A stretch of 64,000 nucleotides of DNA from Bugula neritina (Eukaryota; Animalia; Bryozoa), in assembly GCA_964035545.1 (NCBI GenBank), contig OZ037769.1, positions 10,818,633-10,882,632 on the forward strand, in the 5' to 3' direction. The translations under genes and the position numbers were made by a program. Within the stretch, counting starts at the first letter, position 1; every line of letters begins with the position of its first letter. The notes below the pieces were generated by a model. That model worked only from the letters and a program-made list of their open reading frames with translations, ran no database searches and had not been told where the DNA came from. Below are positions 1 through 12,754 of the stretch, one piece after another.

Positions 1-63
1 CGCTATATATTTAGGTTAGACGTGCTGCTATAATCAATGGTTATTACTGTTATTTGTTGACAG

Positions 64-2566
64 ATAAAGAGAGATTGGGATAGCAATCACTCAGTCCCTG
101 ACTGGAGTTTTAAAATCAAATGCTCACAGAAAATATTCCAACTGCTGAACAATGGTGGTGTTGATGTATCTAATTATGTTCATTTAGCAAGACTCTTTGT
201 GAATCAGCTTATAATCTCTTGTCTCAAAGGTAAATTTCCTACTCACTCTAATTTCAAATAACTCCTTTAATAATAGTTTGTTGCTCTTCCTAAGAAATGT
301 CATCTACATACTGAGTTAAATGATGTGACAGGCATGGGAAACTCCTACAGTATGATACTCTGTAAGCAGTAATGTAATTGTAATTTTATTTTTTAATCTA
401 GCCATGCCAGTACTGGTACTAGGGGTGGAGGTTGATGTATCCTGTACAATAAATGATGTGGTATAGAATTATAATTACAGGAGTGGATGAAGGGTGGAGG
501 GGTGCAGATGAAGAGAGTGTAAGCCTTCTAAGTAATCTCAAACAATCTCAGCCCGAGAAGTACAGAAAATTGAGGGAGAGGTTTGTCATGCCTCTCTCTA
601 CCTCCACTCACCTAAACACCGAGGCTATGTTTACTGGACAGGAACACTTCTTCAAGTTGTTTATTGACGTAAGTAGCCAGTATCTATCAAGTTACATGCT
701 TGCATTTAATGTTCCTTGAAAATTGTTCTTGGAAATGTTGCATTGAGTTTCTTCACTATCGAAACTACTCGTAAGTATTTGCTATGATCGTTCAGGTATG
801 ATCATAAGCATGCTAATTCACATTCTGCTATTCTTTAGGTCGGGAATGATGTAACTTTCACTCAGCATCTCAAAGACCTTCTAACTCTTCGGCTACTTGA
901 TCTTAATCAAACAGAGTTTGAAGATTTCAATGAGCCAGATAGCGACCTAATAGCTGCATTGGGCGTATTTTCAGACTGCATTCTAACATCCCGACTTTTA
1001 GCCAAGTTTTTAGGCTATCTCAATTTCTTGCCATACGCCTGCAGTGAGAAGCTGACTCTGGCACTCGATAAGCAGTACCAACTGCTGCGAGAATGTTCAG
1101 CCCCTCCACTAGACGTCAGCCAGCTGCTGGCCACAGCAATGCAGGAGAGCAGGTGCAGAATCCTAATTCCTTGGTTGGTTCAATACCTCAGTCATGCTGA
1201 TCCCTACACAGTGTCCATGCCTTACTACAAGCAAGTGTTGACTTCATTGTGGAGATATTTCCAGCAACTCAAGCTCTTACTTAGACACAAGCAGTGTATA
1301 GCCGACGTTCTTCTACAATACGTCTCTCTTTCATGGCTGTTTAACCTGTCACACTTTGATCACATGCATACGGACAAACAGAAAGATGTGGAAGTAACCA
1401 GCCTACTCCCTGGCAACTCTTTAGTCAGCCTAAACTTGGTATACAAGTGTTCAGATATTCTACGATGTGTGAAGGGTGTGCTAGTTGAGTACGTTATGGG
1501 TATGAAAAGTAAAGTCGGGGTGTCTCGGAAAATTAAACCACTGACCGCCGATTCGTCAGAATCTTCGACTCTCAAAATGAGAGCCTCTGCATCAACTGAG
1601 TCTGCCTCTAATTTACAGCTGACATTGGAAGATAATTTCTTTCAAAATCAACCAGCATCTCTTAAGAAATCTGCTGGGTTCATAGCAGAAAGAGTTTCTT
1701 CCTCTTACATCAAAGAATTTAGAGCTGACACTTTAGCTAAGAATCTGCTTGAGTATAGACTACAGGTTTATAATCACGCCAGTCAAGTCCCTGCACAAGA
1801 GGAGCTCAGGGAGAAGCTGGCCACTGTGATTACTAGCAAAGCCGAAGTTCTGTGGTCAGATTTATATGAGAAAGCGGTAAAAGGCGTCAAACAGTATTTT
1901 AGTGCGAGAGTACCCGAAATACTCAAGCTTTTACTACCTTCAAGCACCGAGAGCTATGTAGTCAAGATATGCACAGCTGTAATTTATCGGCAGGGTTATA
2001 ATAGAGTGGTTCAGTGGTTGGAAGCTAATCTCACACTTGACTATATCACTAGCGAGTTGAATCATGAGCTAACCAAATACTGTAGGAACTCTGGTAAGAA
2101 TGCTGCTCCAGATGTAGTTACAGAGATGTTCGCTCAACTCAAGTTTGATCACTCCGATAGCAGCCCATCACCAAGTGATACGCTTATGCAGCTACAATTA
2201 TTTACAGGTAATGTCTTATCCAATCCCCACCGACCTATTAAACCAACAGACCTTGAAACTACACTGTCGCAAACAGTTGCTTGTATTACCGGCAGGGCCG
2301 ATATTCTCTCCATTGCTCTCAAGACCATGTGCCACCTCTTAGTCTTATTGTTAGTATCTGTCGCTACACATCAGGCTAAAGTAATAGCCCCAGAGACGAT
2401 ACGTTTGCTCAATACTCTGTTCAATGTTGAGGAGCTGCAAATCTATTGGAAGGAGTTTATAACTGTAGTACCAAGTGGGGACGACTGCCATAATGGAAAC
2501 GGCAGCTTGCAGGCTAAACTCTTCAACTACATTCTCCTTCAGAAAAGTCTGCCTTCTAGCTGTTAG
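64..2566 (+). CDS. CDAN1: Codanin-1, 3' part (5' exons lie outside the window); exons 64-229, 481-668, 839-2566
   Basis: GT/AG junctions keep the frame. Peptides IKRDWDSNHSVPDWSF...[47 protein letters not shown] and LEDNFFQNQPASLKKSAGFIAERV match recalled codanin-1 blocks ([35 protein letters not shown]). Confidence 0.9.
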
Positions 2567-3223
2567 CAATGTATGTCGTAACAGTTCTAGTAGATGGTTT
2601 TATTTTTTAATTTACAAATGTACAAAATGTTAAAAACAGTTTTGTACCTCATAGTCATAGTATAGTATAGTATACACAGCTGAGTCGAAGTTGCGAGTCA
2701 AGTCAATGTTTTGCCAATTTGAGTATTTTGAATAATGCTTCAACAAATGGGTTGCAGAAGTCTAAATGCAATTTGGGTCCAGATCTAATTTCACATTTTT
2801 GTAGATATTTTCAACTAAAATGACTCATATTCTGCTATATTTTTGTATATAAATATTATAGAACATAGATACATTATAAATTTTAAGTTATTAGCACATT
2901 TTGCATAATATCGACACTTTGCCACAGATTGCATCACAATTTTCTTAGTAAAATGTTTTTAAAATTTAAATATGAATAAAACTTTGTAGCTGTATATATA
3001 ATATATATATTTTCCAGATGTATATATAATATATATATTTTCCAGATGTATATTTCACAAAATAAACTATTTTATAGACATTGTCACAAAATAAACTACT
3101 GATGACCCATGCTTAACAGATCAATTTCAACTAAATTAAGTGTAAAAACACACACAAAATATGAAACTTTAGCACAACGGTATGCAGAGTACAAAATGAG
3201 TTGATGGAAGACTTGAAACTTGG

Positions 3224-6200
3224 TCAAGTCGAGGACATATTTAGACTGTGCTCCAGGCTGGTTAGTGTTTGGTAGAGCTCAGCTAGCTGTGTCTCCTTCA
3301 GCTCACCTAAATCACATGTCGATGTATACAGCTTTCCCAGGGAGTTAGTATAATACAAATCTAGACCTAATATCCCATCCTAATTAGTGTAAAGATGTTT
3401 TGTGGGAATATTGTTATCGGGAAATTTTATCTGTGTAGAATATAAAGCTGTAATACTCAAACAATTGCACTTTAAATAAAATGATGACGTAACATTAAAA
3501 ACTAAAACCATCACTTTAGTGGATGCTGTTCTACATACACCAGGAGAAATATTGCACATTAAAATATTATTATGATTAGAAATTAAAACCTTACTTGGTG
3601 CATCCATGCTGCTGGAAATGTCTTTTTTACCTTCTTCCGAGGCAAGACTATCTAGTTTCCCATGAGAAGCTCTAATGACTTTCATTGCACCAATCACCTA
3701 ATGCAACGAGAAGACAACTTCTCTTAACATGTGCACATGACTACTTTCAGGATACTTCTAGGAGTTGACAATGTAAACAACTAGACAGTAATGAATAAAT
3801 ATTAGTATTAGCTGTACTTAAATACGGAGGGCTTATCAAAACTCTGAGAGAACATTTTGCCAGTCAGCAACAACAAAAACAAAAACTTTACCCTAAAATC
3901 ATGTTGAAAAAATAGCTTCCAAATATTGGCACAAAATATTCCTTGATAATTAGCTATGTCATATGCACACGACCATATGATTTGAGATCATATCAATCTA
4001 GATTCGATAAACTAGTTTAGGTGCGGTTGCCTATCCCTCCCCCCTACATACTGTGGTAAAGTTATTAAGGATCCTCTGAACAGACACTATTTTGTCTCCT
4101 AATTTTGACAAGACCGGCGCCTCTCTGTTGCACCAGGGCTGAATGTGATTCTCATAGCAGTAGTTGAAGTTCACCATCATCTGTTGAAGTTCAGAGAGAA
4201 TGAGTTTGAATCTACGTAACTGAGTGTCTCGGGCCTTTCTATCCACTTCCCCCAAATCATGCTTCAAGAAGTGAAACAAGAAATAGGTTTGTTGTGCATA
4301 ATTACTAGTGTTATACAAAATAGAAACAATTTACAGATTTGCGACGAGAGTTTTAAAATTTTTAGAAGTAGTAAACAAAAAGCACTAAATTTTGTTGGTT
4401 AGATACACGACTAAAAGTTAGACAAATCCACATGACCACAACTTCTGAGTGTAACAAACTACCTCCAACTGCAACTGTTTCAGTAACTCGCATTGCCTAG
4501 ACATGCTTTCCGCGAGGAGTTGTGCTTTCTCTGTCAACTCTTGAATGTCCAGTACTTCCCTGAGCTCCCTGGGGAAAACAAAAATAGCAGACAATCAACA
4601 AGTACTGCTTGTGTAGAGCCAGTGATTGAAATCACAATATTAGTCACAAAAAGTTTGCTGGCTTTAGCAAATAAGACAATGATGTGACCATAAAATATTT
4701 CACACATTTAAGTACTACTATACTTTATTCTTTTTATTATTTCTCAGTTCAAATATCTGAGTAGTACAATATTTTATTTTTTCTCACCGCTAAGTTAGAA
4801 ACTGGCAGGTAAAGTGGCAGATAATTACCTGTCGGCTGCCGTACGCTCCAATCCTTTGACGATGTCAATAGGAAGCACAGGTATGTTGGTGGGGAAGAGT
4901 TGAGCTACAGGTTGCTGAGTCACAATACTGTCTACCAGGGAGCAGTCTCTGCTGAACTGATCCTCCACATTCATACTATCTCTGTAACACACACAATACA
5001 CTCTACTAAACTGTGTCACACTGTCTCTGTAACACACACAGTACTCTCTACTAAACTGTGTCATACTATCTCTGTAACACACACAATACTCTCTACTAAA
5101 CTGTGTCATACTATCTCTGTAACACACAATACTCTCTACTAAACTGTGTCATACTATCTCTGTAACACACAATACTCTCTACTAAACTGTGTCATACTAT
5201 CTCTGTAACACACACGATACTCTCTACTAAACTGTGTCATACTATCTCTGTAACACACAGTACTCTCTACTAAACTCTGTCATACTATCTCTGTAACACA
5301 CACAATACTCTCTACTAAACTCTGTCATACTATCTCTGTAACACACAATACTCTCTACTAAACTGTGTCATACTGTCTCTGTAACACACAATACTCTCTA
5401 CTAAACCGACTCATACTGTCTCTGTAACACACACAATACTCTCTACTAAACTGTGTCATACTATCTCTGTAACACACACAATACTCTCTACTAAACTGAC
5501 TCATACTATCTCTGTAACACACAATACTCTCTACTAAACTGTGTCATACTATCTCTGTAACACACAATACTCTCTACTAAACCGACTCATACTGTCTCTG
5601 TAACACACAGTACTCTCTACTAAACTGTGTCATACTATCTCTGTAACACACACAATACTCTCTACTAAACTGTGTCATACTATCTCTGTAACACACACAA
5701 TACTCTCTACTAAACTGTGCCATACTGTCTCTGTAACACACAGTACTCTCTACTAAACTGACTCATACTGTCTCTGTAACACACACAATACTCTCTACTA
5801 AACTGACTCATACTGTCTCTGTAACACACAATACTCTCTACTAAACTGACTCATACTGTCTCTGTAACACACACAATACTCTCTACTAAACTGACTCATA
5901 CTATCTCTGTAACACACAATACTCTCTACTAAACTGTGTCATACTATCTCTGTAACACACACAATACTTTTACGTGACATACTACTCAGAACTCACCCAT
6001 GTAATACTACAAACAGCCTGATATTGTAGTGCACCAGACTAAGAGCTCTGTGTACTCACCTGATGGTATATTTAGAGGGTGAGGGGGGATAATTTGATTG
6101 GGAGTTATCAGCTACTTCTACCATATCTAGAAGCTTGTTTATGAAAGCTTTTTGTTTACTTTTAGACCCTTTGCCCTGCAATTACTACAACTCTTGAATA

Positions 6201-8262
6201 TTGCAATGTCAGCAAGCTGAGTATAAGATGTGTTGGTACCTAGAGAAAGCCTTGCTGAATGAAACATTCCTGCAACATCAATGCATCATATTGGCCCCTT
6301 TATTCAAAATTTGAACCATATTCAAATGATAAACAACAATACAAAGTGGTCAGACAAAGACATATTGATGAAATTTTTACATACAATCCACTTATAAATT
6401 TATAAAAAAGTATTCCAATCACATGAATAAAATTGTAAACTATTATGAAGAGTTATATTTTGTTTATGCATATATTCTGTATAAGATGAACATGTGTATT
6501 TTACAATAGTCAACTTTACATCACTTCTAATAGACAACACTACTGCATTATACCTCAATAAGCTCCAAGTCAGTGGGCCGACATAAGCCAAGGGACGATG
6601 CCACTTGCAAAATCCCTAGAATATGATATTAATACATTAATATGTTAGTCATTCACTAGAGAGAGTTTATAGCAACAACAGAGCTGCAACCACATATTTA
6701 TAGAGTTGCAACTTCAAGTTTGTAAAGCTGCAACCTCAAGTTTATAAAGCACTTCATTTTAATTGCGAAAGAAGGTAAATATTTCAATTTATTGTCTACA
6801 TGTACACAACATACAACTATATTAAAGCATAAGAAATGGGTGTAAATGCATTCCGAGTATACACAATTAGCTTGTGTAAAGCAGCCTTATATAAAGCTTA
6901 TATAGCAAGACTAGCAAACCCTGATACATTGTGTTTATACAACACAGAACTGCTACAGCTCACCTTTCAATCTTACTTCGGAATGTGAGTATATTGTATC
7001 GAGATAGTTGTATGTGGAGTAGTGGAGCCTACAATAGTAAACTTAGCATTTTGGTATCACAACTCCAAACACTTGATATCGTTGCCATATATACCAATAT
7101 TACTTAGTGAAACATAAATTTTAAAGTCAATGCTTAAATATTGTGATTTAAAACAGTGATTGAACATTGTGGCAAGAGACAGTGGTTGAATGTGTTGATC
7201 TAACTAACAAGGTCCCAGCAGATTTTATGAACTTACTTATTCTCTCAAATTATATACTAATCTTGATTGGCTTACCAATTATACAAAAACAGAGAAAAAT
7301 GGTGATGAATAGCTAAGATATTGGGTTCAGCACAACTTTCATTGTTTCATAATAAAATAAACTGTTAATCAGTTTCAGTTGCACAGACATGGCAAGAGAG
7401 AAAGTTTAGAAAACAGGATGTACTTTGAGAGCAGCCATTGTAAAATACGTATCCGAGGTTCTCCAGGTTTAAATATTAAATCTGTGATCCAAGTTTCATC
7501 AGCACTTTCAGTAAAGGGGCATTCTAATTTCTAGAAGAGATGAGTAAAGATTACAAAAAGCATTTCACCATTTGGATTATGATATTTAATGTGAAAACTC
7601 TAACTTTCAAAGAGTAAATAACATCATCTTAATCTTATGCACAATGACATGCAATAGTATTTTAATTTGGTAGAGGTCAATCATGACAGTGTCACTGTCA
7701 CAACTATAACTCTATTAGAGTAATTTTGAATCAGCAAAAGTCCACATACTCGAGTTAATTTGAATTGCTATAATAATAATAATATTATTAAATTAATCCA
7801 ACACTAGCAGTAACACTGACACTAACAGTAGCTCACCAACTGTGGCAACTACTACACTCTAAGTTACTGTCTAAGTCTAGTACTAGTAGTAGTACTAGTA
7901 GAGCTTTAGTTTACTTGTCTTCATTCACGAACCTACAGGGACATATTTCGGCCTATATTGCAGTTTTACTTTAGACTACAATTTACATCATTATCAAGTT
8001 ATTGCAAGTTAAAAATAAACTGTCTTCAACTTGAAGTTGATAACTCAAAAGTAGGAGGCCAAGGGCAAGACCAACTCTAAGAGTAAAACTAACAGTAAGC
8101 TCAAAGTTAATGATTTGGATTGACTTCAAGTTAAAGTTGCTAATATTTAGTCTCAGCTACCTGAAATCTTTCTTGGAGTACTATAGCCCTTTGAATCTTC
8201 GATTCTCGCTTCTTTACGATTGCTGGGCTTCCATACTGAAACTTGTTTGAATTTCCTGCCAT
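3224..8262 (-). CDS. HAUS7: HAUS augmin-like complex subunit 7, about 368 aa; exons 8262-8161, 7530-7424, 7028-6964, 6615-6554, 6175-6060, 4981-4829, 4568-4463, 4261-4052, 3697-3595, 3306-3224
   Basis: Ten exons splice into one open frame of 1107 nt. KLECPFTES..WITDLIFKPGEPRIRILQWLLSK, SLGLCRPTDLELIEGKGSKSKQKAFINKLLDMV and FKLILSELQQMMVNFNYCYENHIQPWCNREAPVL align by recall with HAUS7 ([68 protein letters not shown]). Confidence 0.85.
4971..5968. repeat. Minisatellite of roughly 22-23 copies of a 43/45-bp unit (tcatactatctctgtaacacac[ac]aatactctctactaaactgtg) spanning the HAUS7 intron 5/exon 6 boundary
   Basis: Tandem array seen directly; units differ by one ac dinucleotide and a few substitutions. 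Confidence 0.97.
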
Positions 8263-10523
8263 TTTACGTTTGTTTACACCTACAGAATTTAGGTGTTCTT
8301 CTTCCGTTATGTTGAATGTTAAGGTAGACAACTTTTTTGAAATAAATATAGCGTTGTAAAAAATAAACAACAAATTAAAAAAAATTAATTTTGTTAAAAT
8401 TTTAAAAAGTTATCAATAAAACAGTGGTTCTTAAACTATACATTTACACTTTATGTTTGCGATTATGTTTCCCTAAAATATCGTTTCCTGCTTTGAACAA
8501 AGCGTCTTCATGTTATATTATAACCATCGGCTATAATTATTATTATAATTATCATTATGATTATGACTTATTTCAGTCTTTATTCTGTAACATAATCGCA
8601 ATGCCCTGCTAATCTCAATGTTATAGTCCTAACTTTTGGTTTCTGCAAAAAATTTATCTGTGACTTATACCCATGGTTATGTATTATTAAACTGCTTTAC
8701 TCAAACTCCAAACTCAAAGTGAAAGTCAATTACAATGACTATGAGTATGACAATGGTTGAATGACTCATTCAATGACTATAACTGAAACTGAATGCAATC
8801 AGTATGACTATGATACTGATACTCTATGAGTATCACATTTATTATCAGTATGAGTATCAGCTATGCCAATGCTCAATCAGTCAATGGGCAATAGCATAGC
8901 ATTAGCCTTAGGGACAGGCATAACGGTAACCATAATGATAATCACTAACGTTTAAGTTTAACCATAGTCATAGTCATACATACTCCTAGTGATAGTCATA
9001 GTGATGCTAATAGAGTATCAGTATTATACTCTTTTCATAGTGATACTCATACTGATAGGGCTAGGCATAGCACCAATAAATATAATCATGAATAATAATT
9101 GAATTAAATTATTAGAATTATCATTATGATTACCAATATGAATAATCATAATGGCATCATTATCAATTTAATTTTATGATTATGATAGATTGAAATATAT
9201 TGATGAAGATAATCATAACGATGAACATATTCAATTTCATAGTTGTAGTGATATTATTAATAGTAATCGGAATGGTTATCACAATCATTGATTTTAAAAT
9301 ATAGTTGTTATAATCATTATAATACTGTTATTGAAATTGAATAATACTAAGTTTAATATTTCTTAAATTATGATAGTTATACTTTTACTTATAGACTATA
9401 GTAATTGTACAGTTTTAATATTAGTTATAGATAATAATATTCACTCATATTTCAATTTGTTTCCATTATTAATATTATTGTTATAGCAATTACAATGATA
9501 ATCAATATGAATACACCATTATCATTATGAATTTCATAATCATAAGAATAATAAATAGCACATCCAGAATATGCATGTGCTGTCTAGGACCCAATTTGTA
9601 ACAGTGACATTGCCTGCTTGGAAGGTGCTCAGTAGGTCACTCTGTGAATATGAACTGCATGTAAGACCATTAGGTGTTATAATTAAAAAAACTGTGTAGG
9701 TGTGTCCAAATGGCATTGTCTCAAGTGTTTATCACAGGTATAGATTTTAGCTCAAATTACTTTCTAAAACCATTGACATTAATTTTTCGACTAATGTAGA
9801 TAATAGTGTTATAATCACAGTGATGTTATTATTTATGTATTGATAAAAAAGTATGCTAACAGCCTAACACACTTTTAAAAAGTAAATGTTTTTAATTTTG
9901 GAGCCTAAAATTGAAAGTTTTGCGATAAGGATGGAAATTGCTTTATTAGTGTGAAATGTAATATCCAAATGAATAGATTTGTTGAATTGAATTTGAATAG
10001 TTATAAGCTTAATAGCTGTTTGTTAAATTTTGTTTTATGCATCAGACTAAAGTTTATGTGAAATAATATTTGATAATCAGCATTTCCTGAACTGCAATTA
10101 TATATTTTTTTAAAATTGCAAATTTTTTCTGATATCTGTTTAAAAGCCTTCTGTTGTATTATTGGAATTCTTAAAACTTGCTCAAAGCTACACAATATTG
10201 TTTACACTAATAGAATTATCTTTTCTAATATATGGAAATATATAATATAACACAGAAATACAAAAATGTTACTCTGCGGAATGCTTTTATTTTGATATTG
10301 TTAAAAGTAATTACAAGTATATTTGATACTTGAAAATATTTCAAAATTTGTATCTTTCTGGTGACATATAAAATTGTTGTTTGGCAGAAAACCCAAGGTT
10401 TTATATTGAGGTTATATTTGCAAAGTTGTATTCTGCCATTCCTTTATGGTAGTTGCTTGTTTACTCGTATCTAAATATAATGTAACAGCAGTATGATGCA
10501 ATGTTTTAGGTATATTGTTCGCA
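8263..10523. promoter_or_regulatory. Divergent (head-to-head) HAUS7/POLB upstream region, probably a shared promoter, plus a POLB 5'UTR intron
   Basis: HAUS7 ATG at 8262 (-) and POLB ATG at 10524 (+). An acceptor ttttag at 10504-10509 just before the POLB ATG implies an upstream non-coding exon. Confidence 0.5.
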
Positions 10524-12710
10524 ATGAGCAAAAGGAAGGCCCCATCTGCTGCTGATGCATCAAGTAATCCAAATGCAGATTTCTGCGAGTTTTTAATCGG
10601 TGAGATGAGAAACGTGAAACTCGGAAAGTGTTGACATTTTGTTTATTCAAAGCAAAGTATTTGCCCTTTCACCTCATCATCACATCTATGATTTGTTGCA
10701 AAGTGCAAGCTGCATGAAGTAAATTTTCAATTGCTTTGTTTATAAATTCATATCTGTAATTTAAGCCCTTTTATTTAATAATTGTAAACATTCATTTTGA
10801 AACAGACTGCATTATATTGAAACACATAATAATATTCTATGTACACAATCGTTCAATACTAAATTTCATAACTGATGCTATTTCATTTCAGGGTATCTCT
10901 GTAACGGAATTCTATAGAAAATATATGATGTTTTTATTTTGTATTTAGAGTTAGCTAACTATGAGAAGAATGTTAACAGGGCAATGCACAAATCTAAAGC
11001 TTATAGAAATGCTGCGGGTGTGTTAGCTCAGCACCCAACTCGTGTAAAGTCAGGTGATGAAGCTAAGAAGTTGGTAAGTTCTAAAACATATGAATTAGCA
11101 CCAGCTTCTTTTACTATACAACATTATGACAAGCCTGAAAGTTTTTACTGTGTATTATTATGTCAAGGTAAGGTTAGAAAATTATGCAACAATAGTGAAA
11201 TAGTTGTCGGAAAGAATAATGTGCAGATAGTGACCTTTACAATACAAAACCAGTTTATATATTTTACTGACGGAAACCTAATGCTTGCTATGGTAGATGA
11301 GAACTTTTGAGTATACACAAGTATACAATTTATACCAAAGGCATAATGTCACAAGTTAAAATAGAAACGACGTGAATGTTTAAAAACCTGCACTTATATT
11401 GTCCGAGTAGCTATGTTTACAAGTTTGCTTTTGCTACAAAATCAAACACCACCAACAGCTGTATGTTTATAATCACTGGACAGTATACATGTAATCTATC
11501 GAGTGCCTGGTATTTTATAGGATTATCTTTACTTGTGTTATGCTTTTTTTAAATTTGATTCCACAGTTTATTTAATATTTTTCTTTTAGAACGGAATTGG
11601 TGCAAAAATTGGTGAGAAGATTGATGAGTTTATTCAGACAGGAAAGCTCCGGAAATTGGAAAAGGTACCAGATTCTCACCCCAGTTTATATTCTTCAGAA
11701 AAACCGTATTCAAGCCATCATATTTTATTATTTATTGCACGTTAATTTAATAAATGACGGCTGTATATAGATTAGAACTGATGATACCAGTGTTGCCATC
11801 AATGAACTAACCAAAGTCAATGGTATTGGTCCTGCTGCCGCGCAGAAGTTGGTCAAAGAGGGCATCATGTCGGTGGAGGGTGAGTCAGCTGCTATATGCT
11901 TGCTAATTCTTGTGTCAGAAAACATAAACCTTGTAATCTACAGAGAGATAGGGCAACTCTAAAATATTAATTGAGTAATGTAATGCTAAAGGTTTTTCCT
12001 GGTCTAGTTAATCAGTTGCACTTCACTTTAATCTTTCAGATGTGTACTGTTTTGTAAATTCCGTACCTCATGTATATTATTATGAATGTAAAGTATATTC
12101 TCTCTTAAACCGCGCTCTGTTCTGTTAGGGTAGCGGGATGAATATAAGTTATTATGTTAGTTTTCAACTTTTGGAATTTTTTTCAGCTTGTAATTAGATA
12201 AGGCACCTTATATTTATTCTCCAGTATTTCAACCATTAATATATAGGTGTTAAGGAGCATCAAGCGCTAGTATGAGAAGACAACTCTCAGTCACAGTTAT
12301 TAAAGAGGGGTGGTTATAGTATGTGCTAGCTACGTATTAATTTTATTTGATGTTATTCAGACCTGAAAAAGAATCTAGACAAACTCACCCATTCACAACA
12401 AGTGGGAGTCAAACACTTTGAAGACTTTGAAAAGAGAATTCCCAGAGAGGAGATGCTAGAGTTGCAGGTTGTTATATACGTTGTGTTTTGTCTGAAGTAG
12501 TTGGTTGATGTGTTGGCAATTGGTGTTTCCCGGTGCAAGCGGAATTTTATTTCATTTGTCGACTACTAGTTACTAACATTTGTTGTCAATGGTTGACTTT
12601 GCTTTAATTTATTCGGCTCAAATGTAAAAGTTCAAGTCACTAAGTTATGTAATGTATAATGTCTTCCCCATTCGGTGAACATATTCAGTGTCTCCTTGCA
12701 AGAACTACTC

Positions 12711-12754
<44 letters not shown>

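Noticed and set aside
4971-5968. CRISPR-like array appearance
   Set aside because: Units are head-to-tail with no unique spacers, there are no cas genes and the context is a eukaryotic intron; it is a minisatellite.
64-8262. CDAN1 next to a HAUS gene as conserved microsynteny with human 15q15
   Set aside because: The human neighbour is HAUS2, whereas this gene matches HAUS7; likely coincidence.
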